This document shows positions 46,786 through 47,741 of a stretch of DNA of 47,741 bases, piece after piece. The first letter of the stretch is position 1; the number at the start of each line of letters is the position of its first letter. Both the position numbers and the translations under genes were made by a program. Source of the DNA: a virus (Duplodnaviria > Caudoviricetes); the IMG/VR virus record IMGVR_UViG_3300043117_000120, positions 1 through 47,741 of that record. The stretch is one strand, 5' to 3'. The notes under the pieces were generated by a model, which saw nothing but the letters and a program-made list of their open reading frames with translations, was not told the origin of the DNA and ran no database searches.

Positions 46786-47104
46786 CTGACTCTACCTCTT
46801 CTGTGGTTTCGTCTGTATTATCCGTGTCCGGTTCAGCTTTAACGGGACCTGCTTTGTCTTTAGTTTTAGATTTTGCCTTTGCCTTTTCAGGTTTAACATT
46901 TTCCACGTCAACGCTGAGGTCTTCGCCTGTCTCGTCAGGGCTGTGTGTTTCTACCTCTATGTTTACCCTTTTGGCCATACCGTTTGCAATAAAATACCGG
47001 GCACGTCCATCTGAGATAACCCCGGCGGGGATGGCTTCACCCGCCGTGATGATCTTTCGATTAACCAGTAATACCGATTTTTTATCTATCCAGTGCAGCA
47101 TCAA
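46778..47104 (-). CDS. Hypothetical protein after the capsid gene (gpFI-like position)
   Basis: ATGA coupling to the capsid gene; charged disordered tail. Confidence 0.6.
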   Translation of the reverse strand: MMLHWIDKKSVLLVNRKIITAGEAIPAGVISDGRARYFIANGMAKRVNIEVETHSPDETGEDLSVDVENVKPEKAKAKSKTKDKAGPVKAEPDTDNTDETTEEVESDE

Positions 47105-47741
47105 CTTTCATCCCCTGCGATAAGGCCGGAGAGTTTAACAAAGGCGTCGGTCTGGGTGGTTGCGTAAATCGGCGCGGCCTGTGTGCAGATTGACACCTTT
47201 TTGTCGTCGTTTGACGGGTACGCATTGACATAGAACATTGCCGGGTTCACCACTGCGCCCTGGTTTTTGATCATGGGCGGCATGGGAGGTGCCATCATGT
47301 TAAAGCCAAACATTTCCTGGAACCATGCGGCTTTTTGTGCTGTCGGTGGCAGTATCTCGGGTGGGCCGAAATATCTGTCACAACGTGCGCCGTAGTAGCC
47401 AAGAAGTACCGTTCCTGATGGGAGGTATTTTACCCTGGTTCCCGTTGCGTTTTCGTAATCGTCAACATAGGTGAATACCCATAGCTCATAGCCGAAAGGT
47501 GTAACGAGTCGGCCCCGTGGAGTAGCTCCACCTTCAACGAGCGGCTGCAGTTTAGCAGGGACGGGGTTGTTTATTCCGACCTGTATAAACTCAAAGCGCC
47601 TGTTGTCAGCAAGCTCTTGCGCGGTGGTGTTTTTAATGAAGGCGTCCATTACATCACCCGCGAAAAATGCAAAGTTCGGGGTTTGCTTGCCGTCTTGTCT
47701 AACCAGTTCGCAACCACCGTCGATGTCGCCGAGTATATCAG
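47101..47741 (-). CDS. Major capsid protein, 3' part
   Basis: In-frame continuation of 1..760; YVDDYE...KYLP and TQAAPI motifs. Confidence 0.88.
   Translation of the reverse strand, partial: DILGDIDGGCELVRQDGKQTPNFAFFAGDVMDAFIKNTTAQELADNRRFEFIQVGINNPVPAKLQPLVEGGATPRGRLVTPFGYELWVFTYVDDYENATGTRVKYLPSGTVLLGYYGARCDRYFGPPEILPPTAQKAAWFQEMFGFNMMAPPMPPMIKNQGAVVNPAMFYVNAYPSNDDKKVSICTQAAPIYATTQTDAFVKLSGLIAGDES
47565..47741. repeat. Terminal direct repeat / circular assembly overlap (right copy)
   Basis: 176 of 177 positions identical to 1-177. Confidence 0.97.

Noticed and set aside
1-47741. Host assignment (a spirochaete-like impression from the tail fibre and attC-like elements) and alternative genetic code
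   Set aside because: The host cannot be supported without a search; genes tile densely under the standard code, so there is no sign of recoding

Overview
The window is an apparently complete, circularly closed tailed-phage genome of about 47,564 bp. Positions 1-177 are repeated at 47565-47741, and the major capsid gene spans this junction. It combines a lambda-like head and packaging module (GpA-type terminase, cos-like site, gpW, portal, ClpP-type protease, decoration protein, gpE-type capsid) with a Mu-like contractile tail, all on the minus strand. The plus-strand arm carries glycosyltransferase, methyltransferase and ATP-grasp genes, recombination and replication genes, two DNA methyltransferases, a probable lysis cassette, a tRNA-like RNA and an attC-like cassette region. 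No integrase, DNA polymerase, reverse transcriptase or canonical CRISPR array was recognised. The strongest signal is at 32171-33821: a RAMP/Cas7-like gene and a partner gene flanked by two non-coding arrays of 5-nt units, each a fixed GGC/GGA triplet plus a variable dinucleotide. The arrays are punctuated into five guide-sized blocks, making this a candidate phage-encoded RNA-guided system with a non-contiguous code. All protein calls come from motif recognition and gene order by eye; no database search was run.
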